Shown piece by piece: positions 36,801-49,164 of a stretch of 64,000 nt of DNA. Numbering within the stretch: position 1 is the first letter of the stretch; each line of letters starts with the position of its first letter. The stretch lies in NCBI GenBank assembly GCA_964016885.1, contig OZ024742.1:14384001-14448000 (forward strand). The letters are read 5' to 3'. The DNA is from Eledone cirrhosa (taxonomy: Eukaryota). The notes under the pieces were generated by a model. It was given only the letters and a program-made list of their open reading frames with translations. It searched no databases and was not told where the DNA came from. The position numbers and the translations under genes were made by a program.

Positions 36801-39800
36801 TGCCATGGTATGGTCATGTACAGAACCTCAGGTGTATGCCATGGTATGGTCATGTACAGAACCTCAGGTGTATGCCATGGTATGGTCATGTACAGAATCT
36901 CGGGTGTATGCCATGGTATGGTCATGTACAGAACCTCGGGTGTATGCCATGGTATGGTCATGTACAGAACCTCGGGTGTATGCCATGGTATGGTCATGTA
37001 CAGAACCTCGGGTGTATGCCATGGTATGGTCATGTACAGAACCTCGGGTGTATGCCATGGTATGGTCATGTACAGAACCTCGGGTGTATGCCATGGTATG
37101 GTCATGTACAGAACCTCGGGTGTATGCCATGGTATGGTCATGTACAGAACCTCGGGTGTATGCCATGGTATGGTCATGTACAGAACCTCGGGTGTATGCC
37201 ATGGTATGGTCATGTACAGAACCTCGGGTGTATGCCATGGTATGGTCATGTACAGAACCTCGGGTGTATGCCATGGTATGGTCATGTACAGAACCTCGGG
37301 TGTATGCCATGGTATGGTCATGTACAGAAGCTCGGGTGTATGCCATGGTATGGTCATGTACAGAACCTCGGGTGTATGCCATGGTATGGTCATGTACAGA
37401 ACCTCGGGTGTATGCCATGGTATGGTCGTATACAGAACCTCAGGTATATGCCATGGTATGGTCATGTACAGAACCTCGGGTGTATGCCATGGTATGGTCG
37501 TATACAGAACCTCGGGTGTATGCCATGGTATGGTCATGTACAGAACCTCGGGTGTATGCCATGGTATGGTCGTATACAGAACCTCGGGTGTATGCCATGG
37601 TATGGTCATGTACAGAACCTCGGGTGTATGCCATGGTATGGTCGTATACAGAACCTCAGGTGTATGCCATGGTATGGTCATGTACAGAACCTCGGGTGTA
37701 TGCCATGGTATGGTCGTATACAGAACCTCGGGTGTATGCCATGGTATGGTCATGTACAGAACCTCGGGTGTATGCCATGGTATGGTCGTATACAGAACCT
37801 CGGGTGTATGCCATGGTATGGTCTTATACAGAACCTCAGGTATATGCCATGGTATGGTCATGTACAGAACCTCGGGTGTATGCCATGCCATGGTCATGTA
37901 CAGAACCTCGGGTGTATGCCATGGTATGGTCATGTACAGAACCTCGGGTGTATGCCATGGTCATGTACAGAACCTCGGGTGTATGCCATGGTCATGTACA
38001 GAACCTCGGGTGTATGCCATGGTATGGTCGTATACAGAACCTCGGGTGTATGCCATGGTATGGTCATGTACAGAACCTCAGGTGTATGCCATGGTATGGT
38101 CATGTACAGAACCTCGGGTGTATGCCATGGTATGGTCATGTACAGAACCTCGGGTGTATGCCATGGTATGGTCATGTACAGAACCTCGGGTGTATGCCAT
38201 GGTATGGTCGTATACAGAACCTCGGGTGTATGCCATGCCATGGTCATGTACAGAACCTCGGGTGTATGCCATGGTATGGTCATGTACAGAACCTCGGGTG
38301 TATGCCATGGTATGGTCATGTACAGAACCTCGGGTGTATGCCATGGTATGGTCATGTACAGAACCTCGGGTGTATGCCATGGTCATGTACAGAACCTCAG
38401 GTGTATGCCATGGTATGGTCATGTACAGAACCTCGGGTGTATGCCATGGTCATGTACAGAACCTCAGGTGTATGCCATGGTATGGTCGTATACAGAACCT
38501 CGGGTGTATGCCATGCCATGGTCATGTACAGAACCTCGGGTGTATGCCATGGTATGGTCATGTACAGAACCTCGGGTGTATGCCATGGTCATGTACAGAA
38601 CCTCGGGTGTATGCCATGGTATGGTCATGTACAGAACCTCGGGTGTATGCCATGGTATGGTCGTATACAGAACCTCGGGTGTATGCCATGCCATGGTCAT
38701 GTACAGAACCTCGGGTGTATGCCATTGTATGGTCATGTACAGAACCTCGGGTGTATGCCATGGTATGGTCATGTACAGAACCTCGGGCGTATGCCATGGT
38801 ATGGTCATGTACAGAACCTCGGGTGTATGCCATGGTCATGTACAGAACCTCAGGTGTATGCCATGGTATGGTCATGTACAGAACCTCGGGTGTATGCCAT
38901 GGTATGGTCATGTACAGAACCTCGGGTGTATGCCATGGTATGGTCGTATACAGAACCTCGGGTGTATGCCATGTCATGGTCATGTACAGAACCTCGGGTG
39001 TATGCCATGGTATGGTCATGTACAGAACCTCGGGTGTATGCCATGGTATGGTCATGTACAGAACCTCAGGTGTATGCCATGGTATGGTCATGTACAGAAC
39101 CTCGGGTGTATGCCATGGTCATGTACAGAACCTCAGGTGTATGCCATGGTATGGTCATGTACAGAACCTCGGGTGTATGCCATGGTCATGTACAGAACCT
39201 CAGGTGTATGCCATGGTATGGTCATGTACAGAACCTCGGGTGTATGCCATGGTATGGTCATGTACAGAACCTCGGGTGTATGCCATGGTATGGTCATGTA
39301 CAGAACCTCGGGTGTATGCCATGGTATGGTCATGTACAGAACCTCGGGTGTATGCCATGGTATGGTCATGTACAGAACCTCGGGTGTATGCCATGGTATG
39401 GTCGTATACAGAACCTCGGGTGTATGCCATGCCATGGTCATGTACAGAACCTCGGGTGTATGCCATGGTATGGTCATGTACAGAACCTCGGGTGTATGCC
39501 ATGGTATGGTCATGTACAGAACCTCGGGTGTATGCCATGGTATGGTCGTATACAGAACCTCGGGTGTATGCCATGCCATGGTCATGTACAGAACCTCGGG
39601 TGTATGCCATGGTATGGTCGTATACAGAACCTCGGGTGTATGCCATGGTATGGTCGTATACAGAACCTCGGGTGTATGCCATGGTATGGTCGTATACAGA
39701 ACCTCGGGTGTATGCCATGGTATGGTCGTATACAGAACCTCGGGTGTATGCCATGGTATGGTCGTATACAGAACCTCGGGTGTATGCCATGGTATGGTCA

Positions 39801-41321
39801 TGTACAGAACCTCGGGTGTATGCCATGGTCATGTACAGAACCTCAGGTATATGCCATGGTATGGTCATGTACAGAACCTCGGGTGTATGCCATGCCATGG
39901 TCATGTACAGAACCTCGGGTGTATGCCATGGTATGGTCATGTACAGAACCTCAGGTGTATGCCATGGTATGGTCATGTACAGAACCTCGGGTGTATGCCA
40001 TGGTATGGTCATGTACAGAACCTCGGGTGTATGCCATGGTCATGTACAGAACCTCAGGTATATGCCATGGTATGGTCATGTACAGAACCTCAGGTGTATG
40101 CCATGGTATGGTCATGTACAGAACCTCAGGTGTATGCCATGGTATGGTCATGTACAGAACCTCGGGTGTATGCCATGGTATGGTCATGTACAGAACCTCG
40201 GGTGTATGCCATGGTCATGTACAGAACCTCAGGTGTATGCCATGGTATGGTCATGTACAGAACATCGGGTGTATGCCATGGTATGGTCATGTACAGAACC
40301 TCGGGTGTATGCCATGGTATGGTCATGTACAGAACCTCGGGTGTATGCCATGGTATGGTCATGTACAGAACCTCGGGTGTATGCCATGGTCATGTACAGA
40401 ACCTCAGGTATATGCCATGGTATGGTCATGTACAGAACCTCGGGTGTATGCCATGGTCATGTACAGAACCTCAGGTATATGCCATGGTATGGTCATGTAC
40501 AGAACCTCAGGTGTATGCCATGGTATGGTCATGTACAGAACCTCGGGTGTATGCCATGGTATGGTCATGTACAGAACCTCGGGTGTATGCCATGGTATGG
40601 TCATGTACAGAACCTCGGGTGTATGCCATGGTATGGTCATGTACAGAACCTCAGGTGTATGCCATGGTCATCTACAGAACCTCGGGTGTATGCCATGGTA
40701 TGGTCATGTACAGAACCTCAGGTGTATGCCATGGTCATGTACAGAACCTCGGGTGTATGCCATGGTATGGTCATGTACAGAACCTCGGGTGTATGCCATG
40801 GTATGGTCATGTACAGAACCTCGGGTGTATGCCATGGTATGGTCATGTACAGAACCTCAGGTGTATGCCATGGTATGGTCATGTACAGAACCTCGGGTGT
40901 ATGCCATGGTATGGTCATGTACAGAACCTCGGGTGTATGCCATGGTATGGTCATGTACAGAACCTCAGGTGTATGCCATGGTATGGTCATGTACAGAACC
41001 TCGGGTGTATGCCATGCCATGGTCATGTACAGAACCTCGGGTATATGCCATGGTATGGTCATGTACAGAACCTCAGGTATATGCCATGGTATGGTCGTCT
41101 ACAGAACCTCAGGTGTATGCCATGGTATGGTCATGTACAGAACCTCGGGTGTATGCCATGGTATGGTCGTCTACAGAACCTCAGGTGTATGCCATGGTAT
41201 GGTCATGTACAGAACCTCGGGTGTATGCCATGGTATGGTCATGTACAGAACCTCGGGTGTATGCCATGGTATGGTCATGAACCTCAGGTATATGCCATGC
41301 TATGGTCATGAACCTCACATG
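33837..41321. repeat. 7.5-kb satellite, 36-bp unit ATGTACAGAACCTCGGGTGTATGCCATGGTATGGTC with 31-bp deletion variants, in intron 3 of the PLAT gene
   Basis: About 210 tandem copies with no unique spacers. Confidence 0.98.
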
Positions 41322-41405
41322 TAAACCATGGACTCACCAGATAAACTGCTTATATTGACTTAAGTGCCTCTTATGATAAGTGTTATGTGTGCTAGTTTTC
41401 CTATA

Positions 41406-41917
41406 TACAAGGTGGCTGGAAAGAAACTATTTAAAATTGTTAATAACTTTATTATTGGACGATTTTCATAAAACATGTTTTATTTGGAACAGTGTAATGG
41501 TAGAAGTATAGTACAGTGTTAAAACTCTACATAGGCACCAGTGTTGTCCAACAGTTTGTCATCATCTTGGTATATCCTTGACCAACTCCATCAGGAACTC
41601 AGGCAGTATGTTGGTTAGTACATGGCGAATGTGTTCCTCCAATTGAGTTTTCGGTTTTAAGTTATAAACTTCTTCCTCTGCCCTTCCCAACAGGAAAAAT
41701 ATGGCTTTCAGGGCTGCTTGCTGGTCATTTATGTAGATATTGACAACCCAACCAATGTCCTGGAAACTGGACATCAAGTCACTCACAGACAGTATGTGTA
41801 AACTGAGAGGTGCCCCATCTTCCATGAATATGAGATCATTGATGTTGTTCCATGTGGTCTCAGTAGGTTAAAAGTTATAATTTTAAATAGGGAGTTTCTT
41901 TCCATCCATCCGATATA
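41406..41917 (-). mobile_element. Tc1/mariner-family transposon remnant with TIRs
   Basis: ta|caaggtggctggaaagaaact vs agtttctttccatccatcc; MEDGAP (QDGAP) motif; near-identical to 59293-59590. Confidence 0.75.
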
Positions 41918-41926
41918 TACTAAAGT

Positions 41927-42145
41927 ATAACCCTTTAGTATTTACATTACTCTATATTAACTATTGTATTTTCATGGAAATCACTTTATTTCACATAATT
42001 ATCTCACATAATATCTAATCTACCAGATCTTAATATTATTTATTTTGAGAACAATACCTTAACATAAGTATGAGCAGCCAGTTTGAACAGAAAAAGGTGA
42101 AAGAATTCTGGTCGGATATGGCCAGTTTAAATGCTAAAGGGTTAA
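41927..42145. mobile_element. piggyBac-type MITE
   Basis: CCCTTTAG...CTAAAGGG termini with TTAA on the right. Confidence 0.75.
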
Positions 42146-43548
42146 ACAGAACAAACAAGCGGACAACACCACAAGCAACTAATTCAAATAATAGGAAGAT
42201 GTCTCAAATATTGGACACGGATGAGGATAATTTACCCCTAAAATTTGAATGAAAGGTTTGGTAAAAAACATTCTGAGAAAATTACCGATTATGATGTTTT
42301 TGAAGAAGGCTGAGTAAAACAACATTACACGTGACTATAAGTGGTATAGCTGAGTGGTTAAAGTGTTAGCCAGCTCATTCTGAGTTCAATCTCTCTGTGT
42401 GGCATCTTGGGCAAGTACTTTCTGTTACAGCTTTGGGATGGCCAATGCTGGATGACAGAAACTTGAGAAACCAGTGTATATATAAGTTCTTGATAAACAG
42501 GAGAAACTCCAGAGTAACAAGACTCACTTTTTAGCCTTTAATAATAATAAATATTAAAACTCTACTTCGGTATTGAGTACTCTTTTCTCTCAGCCATCAA
42601 CCGCATATGTGTGTGTATATGTGTGTATATATATATAATGTGTGTGTTTATGTTTTGTAACTTAGCTGTTCAAAACATGTTTATGAAAGGCTCGAAAAGA
42701 TAAGTACTGCAGTCGATATGATTGACTAAATCATGGCAGTGCCCCAGTATGGCCACAGTGTACTGACTGAAACAAACGAATAGTAACCAAGGTGAGAAGA
42801 CTAGCCAGGTTAAATCAGGTAATAATTCTTTCTAAAATTGGCACAGGGCCAGTAATTTTAAGGGGGGGAGGGGCTGTCGATTGAATCAACCCTGTAAAGA
42901 TGAAATGCAAAGCTAACCTCGGTGAGATTTGAACTCAACGAAAGGGACATAACTATATAACACAAAGCATGTTATCTGACGCTCTACCGATTAATGCAAA
43001 TATACCGCCCTTAAATCAGTTAATAAAGGTTTTTGATTTAGGCACAAGGCCAACAATTTTTGGGCAGGGGAAAGTGAATTAAATCAACCCCTGTGTATGA
43101 CTGGTGCTTTATTTTATTGACCACGTAAGGATGAAAGGCAAACCTTGACGGGATTTGAACTCAGAACGTAAAGGGACATAACTCTATGCCACAAAGCATA
43201 TTGTCCAACGCTCTACCGATACTGCCAATCCATCACCGTTATGTGGATGGGGTGCATGGGGTGCCGTATTGAGATATGGTGTAACTTGGGCCTTTTAAGC
43301 CTAGCAGAGCTCCTCTCCACACTTCAATACAGCAGATTTCTTTCACAGAAGGAGAGAGGGAGTGAGAAAGATATATAGAGGAAGAATCAAGCCCAGTACA
43401 TTACAGGTACTTTTTTTATCGACCAAAGTAAAGTTAACCTTGAGATTTGAATGAAAGGGAGGTAACTATAAGCTGCAAAGCCTGCCTGACACTGTCAATG
43501 GACTGTTCTAATAAATTAGTTAATAATAGTTCTATTTATCTGTTTCAG

Positions 43549-44015
43549 ACATTCCATATGAAATCAGTACCGTACTTACTACAGAAATGAGTACAACTAA
43601 CCCAAGTACGGAACCAACATTCTTCTCTACAGAAATAACCGAAGAGATTACGACGGAACCAGTGGAACCAACAACGGTAGAATTAACAACAGAACCTTCC
43701 AAAGATAAAATAGAAATGACAACAAGCCGGTTTGAAGAAACAACCACACCAGAAATGTGTCTTTGTAAATGCCATATTCCTGTGAACCGAACCAAAGAAG
43801 AAGAAGAGACATATTTAAAAGAACTCACAAAAGAGTTATCCATTCCAAAGAAAAACATGTCTAGCTATATTCGGAAGAAAATCAGCATCCCAGACTATCG
43901 TATTTCTGCTCAGGCAGCTGGTTATATAGGAATTGTCTTCATCATTTTACCATTTTTCCTCATTGTTGCTGCTGACCTCATTAAGTTGGTAGCATATTGC
44001 ACCAAATCAAAGTAA
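43549..44015 (+). CDS. Host gene terminal coding exon: Thr/Glu mucin-like stalk, CxCxC + RKK.S..D.R.SA motif, TM helix, short tail
   Basis: tttcag acceptor phase 1; ORF 43587-44015 with CLCKC, LKELTKELSIPKKNMSSYIRKKISIPDYRISA, GYIGIVFIILPFFLIVAAD. Confidence 0.85.
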
Positions 44016-44052
44016 ATTTAACTTCAAATTCGATCATTAAACTCTACCCAAA

Positions 44053-44113
<61 letters not shown>

Positions 44114-44417
44114 CTCAATCACTTTCTTTAGCTGTCATACACAAGCTTTCAGAACCCCTCCCCCCAATATAAAGTCACTTTCTTTTGCTCTCATACACAA
44201 ACAATTTTCAAGAACAATTTCTTTCACCTAAGAGGGATCATCAACTCGGTTTAAATGAGATTATATGGAAAGGGAAACAATTATATATATATAGTAGGTG
44301 GTTCAGTAGATTTGTGGTTTACTGAGGGTGGTACCACAATCAGCACTCTATGCTAGGGCAGAGTGTATATATATTGAAAACAAAGCAAAGTTTTAATTAG
44401 TCTTTATTAATTGTACA

Positions 44418-44493
44418 TAGTTACAACTGTTTCACAGATATGGGGCTCAGGATCTATATAAATGCTATAGAAGAGATCTACTCTTCAGACTTA
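44418..44493 (-). ncRNA. Minimal type I hammerhead ribozyme motif (Penelope pLTR type)
   Basis: Minus strand agt-CTGAAGA-gtagat...atctgt-GAAA-c agtt g-TA-act; AATAAA just downstream. Confidence 0.65.
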
Positions 44494-45598
44494 TTAATCA
44501 GACAAAGTCAAAATCTTAAGTCCAGTTACTACAATGGTGCCATACCAGGAACTTATGTTTCGTTGGACTGGAAGACCAGCTTTTTAAACCTGTGCTGATG
44601 ACTATGAACTAGTCCAATATAAATACTTTAAAATGAGTGGTTTTATATCATAAATTCCTGGGTAGTTTCAGGTAGATTGGTATCAAATCTCCCGGTCCTT
44701 GAGTCAATGGTATAGCTTTGCAAGTTTAACCACACACAATCACACACTCTCATATATATCAAGAATTGATATCTGTGTGTTTATCTGAAGCAGCTGTTAC
44801 ATATATATTTTCCTCTACTTTTCAAATTTTGACAGAATGAAAATATAAACACATAAATACAATTAATTATTGCTAGGAACCTCACAAATATAATGTACAA
44901 AAATATATGATTAAAGCGAGAAAAAAAAAAGGAAAAGCAAACACAAAAAAACCAATTCACCACCAAGTGCATTAATTGTCCATACACCACACCACACCAC
45001 ACACAGGTCAATGGAAAATTTTTGAGGCAAGCCAACACACTGTCAGCATGACCACAGGCGATGGTGAGGCTAAGGTGCTGAAACAGAGAATATATATATA
45101 TATTAAGAAGTGCGTAAACAGCCGAAGTGTATGATAAAGTTTTATCTGTATAAATACAGAGTGGGTAATGACGACTGCACCAATGTGTATATAAATATAT
45201 ATATACATATCTAATATAAGCATATATATAAACATATATACATATCTAATATAAGCATATATATAAACATATATACATATCTAATATATGTATATATATA
45301 AATATATATATATATACATATCTAATATGTAGGCATGTAAACATGTCTGAAAATACAAATATTTCCTTGTAAATTGAGAAAATAATAAACACATTTAAGC
45401 TATTTTCAGACCTATTTGTGCCTTTATTACAAGGCATGTATAGCATCCAATCACCCTCAAGGAAATGTATTTAATTGGTATATATAGCCGGACGTACTAA
45501 TTTGTATATAATTAGTACTTATGTTGGTAATTAATTAATATATATATATATATACAGTAATTAAAAAGACCAAAATCCAAAGAGGGCTTGATAAGGAT

Positions 45599-45642
<44 letters not shown>

Positions 45643-45735
45643 TACAAACACATATACATATATATATATATTATTAATAGAGATTACAGTTTAAGCAAAG
45701 AATCGCTACTTTGCTTAAACTGTAATCTCTACTAA

Positions 45736-45787
<52 letters not shown>

Positions 45788-46044
45788 AGTAAGGTTGCTT
45801 GGATGCGTCCATAGGCGGTGTGCCGGATGAGCACTCTATGCTCCTTCGGAGCAGAGTATGATAATATGGAAAACGAAGAATCAGTGATGCATTGGAACAC
45901 AATTACGTATTACAGAGGATTTGCTTTGAAGTCACTAGACGTATCTGAGGAACTTGCGAATCCACAGTCAGGTTTGATCCACAAACAGATGGCACCCCGA
46001 GCTGTTCGCCAGAAAAACAATTGAAATACGTAATAAATTGTATT

Positions 46045-47572
46045 ATAATAATGAAATTATTGTGTAAAGTGCTCAGGTGCACTACAACTCGTCAAAGGTG
46101 TATGTATAGTACATAGAATAATACACAAATGTCAGGGAAGTACATGTGTGTATGTGTTAGCTGTAGTGTTGGCGGATCTCGGGAAGCATGGAGGCCTTAA
46201 AGGATGCAGTGTCTCGACAGCTAACAACTGATGCAGGTAGTTTGTTCCATGCTTCAGCAACTCTGAGCGTGAAAATGTTTCCGAAAGTCATGGGAACTGT
46301 GCTGTTTTCTTACTTTGTGGGCATGTCCACGCGTGTTAGACACATGGAAATCAAAAAGGTACTCAGGGTTGTTGTTGGCAACATGGTTAACAATTTTGTG
46401 GGTGTTTACCAAGTCAGTTGCCAGTCGGAGCTTCAATGTATCCATGCCCAGGGAAGCAAGGCGCTCAGAGTATGGTAGATGCCTGATGGAGGGTATTTGC
46501 TTGGTTGCACGTCTCTGAAGTTTCCAGGCGGTCAATGTTCTGAGCAAGATAGGGGTTCCAGACTGGTGATGCAAATTCTAAGTGTGGTCGCACCATAGCT
46601 GTATACAGCCTTAAATAGATATCTGGTGAGCGGCTGACAAAGGTCTTGCTGAGTGATGCTAAGACTCTCTCGGCCCTCTTGACAATTTTAGAGATGTGCC
46701 TCGTCCAACGCAAATCGCTGCTGACCGTAATGCCCAGGTCACGTTCACAGGAAGACTTCTTGATATTAGTGCTGTGGAGGGAGTATGTGGACACTGGGTT
46801 TTTACTCCCAAAATGCATGGTGGTGCACTTGTCCACAGCTAGCTTGAGTTGCCAGTCTGAGATCCATTGTTGCATTGTGTCCAGGTCAGACTGCAAGCAA
46901 GATCTGTAGTGTTCAGGATCTGTCCTTTTTATCTCAAGGTACAGCTTGATGTCGTCTGCGTACTTTAGTACTGTGGCATTCTTTAAGTTGGCATCTATGT
47001 CATTAACATATGCCACAAACAAAAGGGGGCCAAGAACAGATCCCTGTGGTACACCAGATGACATCTCATATGGTGAGGCATGCTGTCCCAGAACCGTGAC
47101 TACCTCTCTTCGACTGAGAATGAAGGACTTCAACCAGTTAAAAAGATCATCCTTCACACCCATTGCAGAGAGTTTTGCCATAAGTCGTTTGTGTGGCACA
47201 GAATTGAAGGCTTTCGCAAAGTCAAGGTAAACAACATCCACCCATGAGCCGCCATCAGTGATCCGGGTGATGTCCTCAAGAAACTCTATAAGTTGATCAC
47301 AGCAGCTGGAGTTGGGGATAAATCCAAATTGCGAGGGCCAGATAAGACTATGAGAGTTCCAGAAGTTCCAAAGTGTTTCTCTGACACAGGATTCCATCAG
47401 TTTGGCGATGCAACTAGTAAGACTGACTGGACGATAGTTCACAGGTGATGTGCGGTCACCCTTTTTGAACAGAGGAATGACACTGGCAGTTTTCCACTGT
47501 TCTGGAGTAGCACTGTTGTTCAGACAGAATTGGAAGAAGCGTGATAACTGGTGTAGAAGGAAGTACCCACCA
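46045..47572 (-). mobile_element. 5'-truncated CR1/L2-group LINE, RT region
   Basis: NYRPVSLTS, YLDFAKAFNSVPH, SGVPQGSVLGPLLF, YADDIKL, RPHLEFASPVWNP. Confidence 0.92.
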
Positions 47573-47623
47573 CGTATTCCAACGCATCACTGATTCTCTG
47601 TTTTCCATATTATATTTATATAC

Positions 47624-47763
47624 ATTTGGGGATGGTCATGTTGTCAATATTACCAATAGAAAGAAACACACAACACCATATAATTTTCACTTTATCTTTA
47701 TTGTTTGTTAGCCAGCAGTGTGTGTTTCTATTGTCAATACTGGCAACATGACCATCACCAAAT
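47624..47763. mobile_element. Short fold-back element/MITE with ~45-bp imperfect TIRs
   Basis: atttggggatggtcatgttgtcaatatt vs aatactggcaacatgaccatcaccaaat. Confidence 0.6.
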
Positions 47764-47799
47764 ATAACAATATTGGTTTCAACATATGATTTCACATTA

Positions 47800-49160
47800 A
47801 AAATAATAATAATTATGAAATTATTGTGTAGTGCTCAGGTGCACTACAACTCATCAAAGGTGCATGTATAGTACATAGAATGATGTACAAATGTCAGGAA
47901 AATGAACAGTGTATGAGTCATGATATACATGTGTGCGTGTGTATGGAGGGGGTATATCAGGTGTAAAGCATGGAGGTTTGAAAGGATGCAGTGTCTTGAC
48001 AGCTAACAACTGATGTAGGTAGTTTGTTCCATGGAGGTTTTAAAGGATGCAGTGTCTTGACAGCTAAAAACTGATGCAGGTGGTTTGTTCCATGGAGGTT
48101 TTAAAGGATGCAGTGTCTCGACAGCTAACAACTGATGCACATAGTTTGTTCCATGGAGGTTTTAAAGGATGCAGTGTCTTGACAGCTAAAAACTGATGCA
48201 GGTAGTTTGTTCCATGGAGGTTTTAAAGGATGCAGTGTCCCGACAGCTAAAAACTGATGCAGGTAGTTTGTTCCATGGAGGTTTTAAAGGATGCAGTGTC
48301 TCGACAGCTAACAACTGATGTAGATAGTTTGTTCCATGGAGGTTTTAAAGGATGCAGTGTCTCACAGCTAAAAACTGATGCAGGTAGTTTGTTCCATGGA
48401 GGTTTTAAAGGATGCAGTGTCTCGACAGCTAACAACTGATGTAGGTAGTTTGTTCCATGGAGGTTTTAAAGGATGCAGTGTCTCAGCAGCTAACAACTGA
48501 TGCAGGTAGTTTGTTCCATGGAGGTTTTAAAAGATGCAGGTAGTTTGTTCCATGGAGGTTTTAAAGGATGCAGTGTCTCGACAGCTAACAACTGATGCAG
48601 GTAGTTTGTTCCATGGAGGTTTTAAAGGATGCAGTGTCTCGACAGCTAACAATTGATGTAGATAGTTTGTTCCATGGAGGTTTTAAAAGATGCAGATAGT
48701 TTGTTCCATGGAGGTTTTAAAAGATGCAGGTAGTTTGTTCCATGGAGGTTTTAAAGGATGCAGTGTCTTGACAGCTAAAAACTGATGCAGGTAGTTTGTT
48801 CCATGGAGGTTTTAAAGGATCTAGTGTCTCACAGCTAAAAACTGATGCAGGTAGTTTGTTCCATGGAGGTTTTAAAGGATGCCTTGTCACGACAGCTAAC
48901 AACTGATGCAGGTAGTTTGTTCCATGGCTCAGCAACTCTGAACGTGAAAAAATGTTTCCGAAAGTCATGGGAGCTGTGCTGCTTTCTGACTTTGTTGGCA
49001 TGCCCACGTGTGTTAGACACATGGAAATCAAAAAGGTGCTCAGGGTTGTTGTTGGCAAGATGGTTAATGATTTTATGGGTGTTTACCAAGTCAGACGTCG
49101 GAGCTTCAATGTATCATTGCCCAGGGAAGCAAGGCGTTCAGAGTATGGTAGATGCCAGAT
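47800..49160 (-). mobile_element. Second copy of the same CR1/L2-group LINE 3' end containing a 61-bp tandem expansion (47968-48927)
   Basis: Matches 46045-46490; unit CCATGGAGGTTTTAAAGGATGCAGTGTCTCGACAGCTAACAACTGATGCAGGTAGTTTGTT. Confidence 0.9.
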
Positions 49161-49164
49161 GGCG

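Noticed and set aside
33783-41324. Giant ORFs (up to 2475 aa) and possible CRISPR array with 36-bp repeats
   Set aside because: Head-to-tail satellite with no unique spacers and no cas genes; frames swap freely at the 5-bp deletions, so there is no coding constraint
45786-46030. Possible solo LTR, with a partial inverted copy at about 47573-47615 on the other side of the LINE
   Set aside because: No PBS/PPT, TSD or gag-pol evidence; cannot be classified from this window
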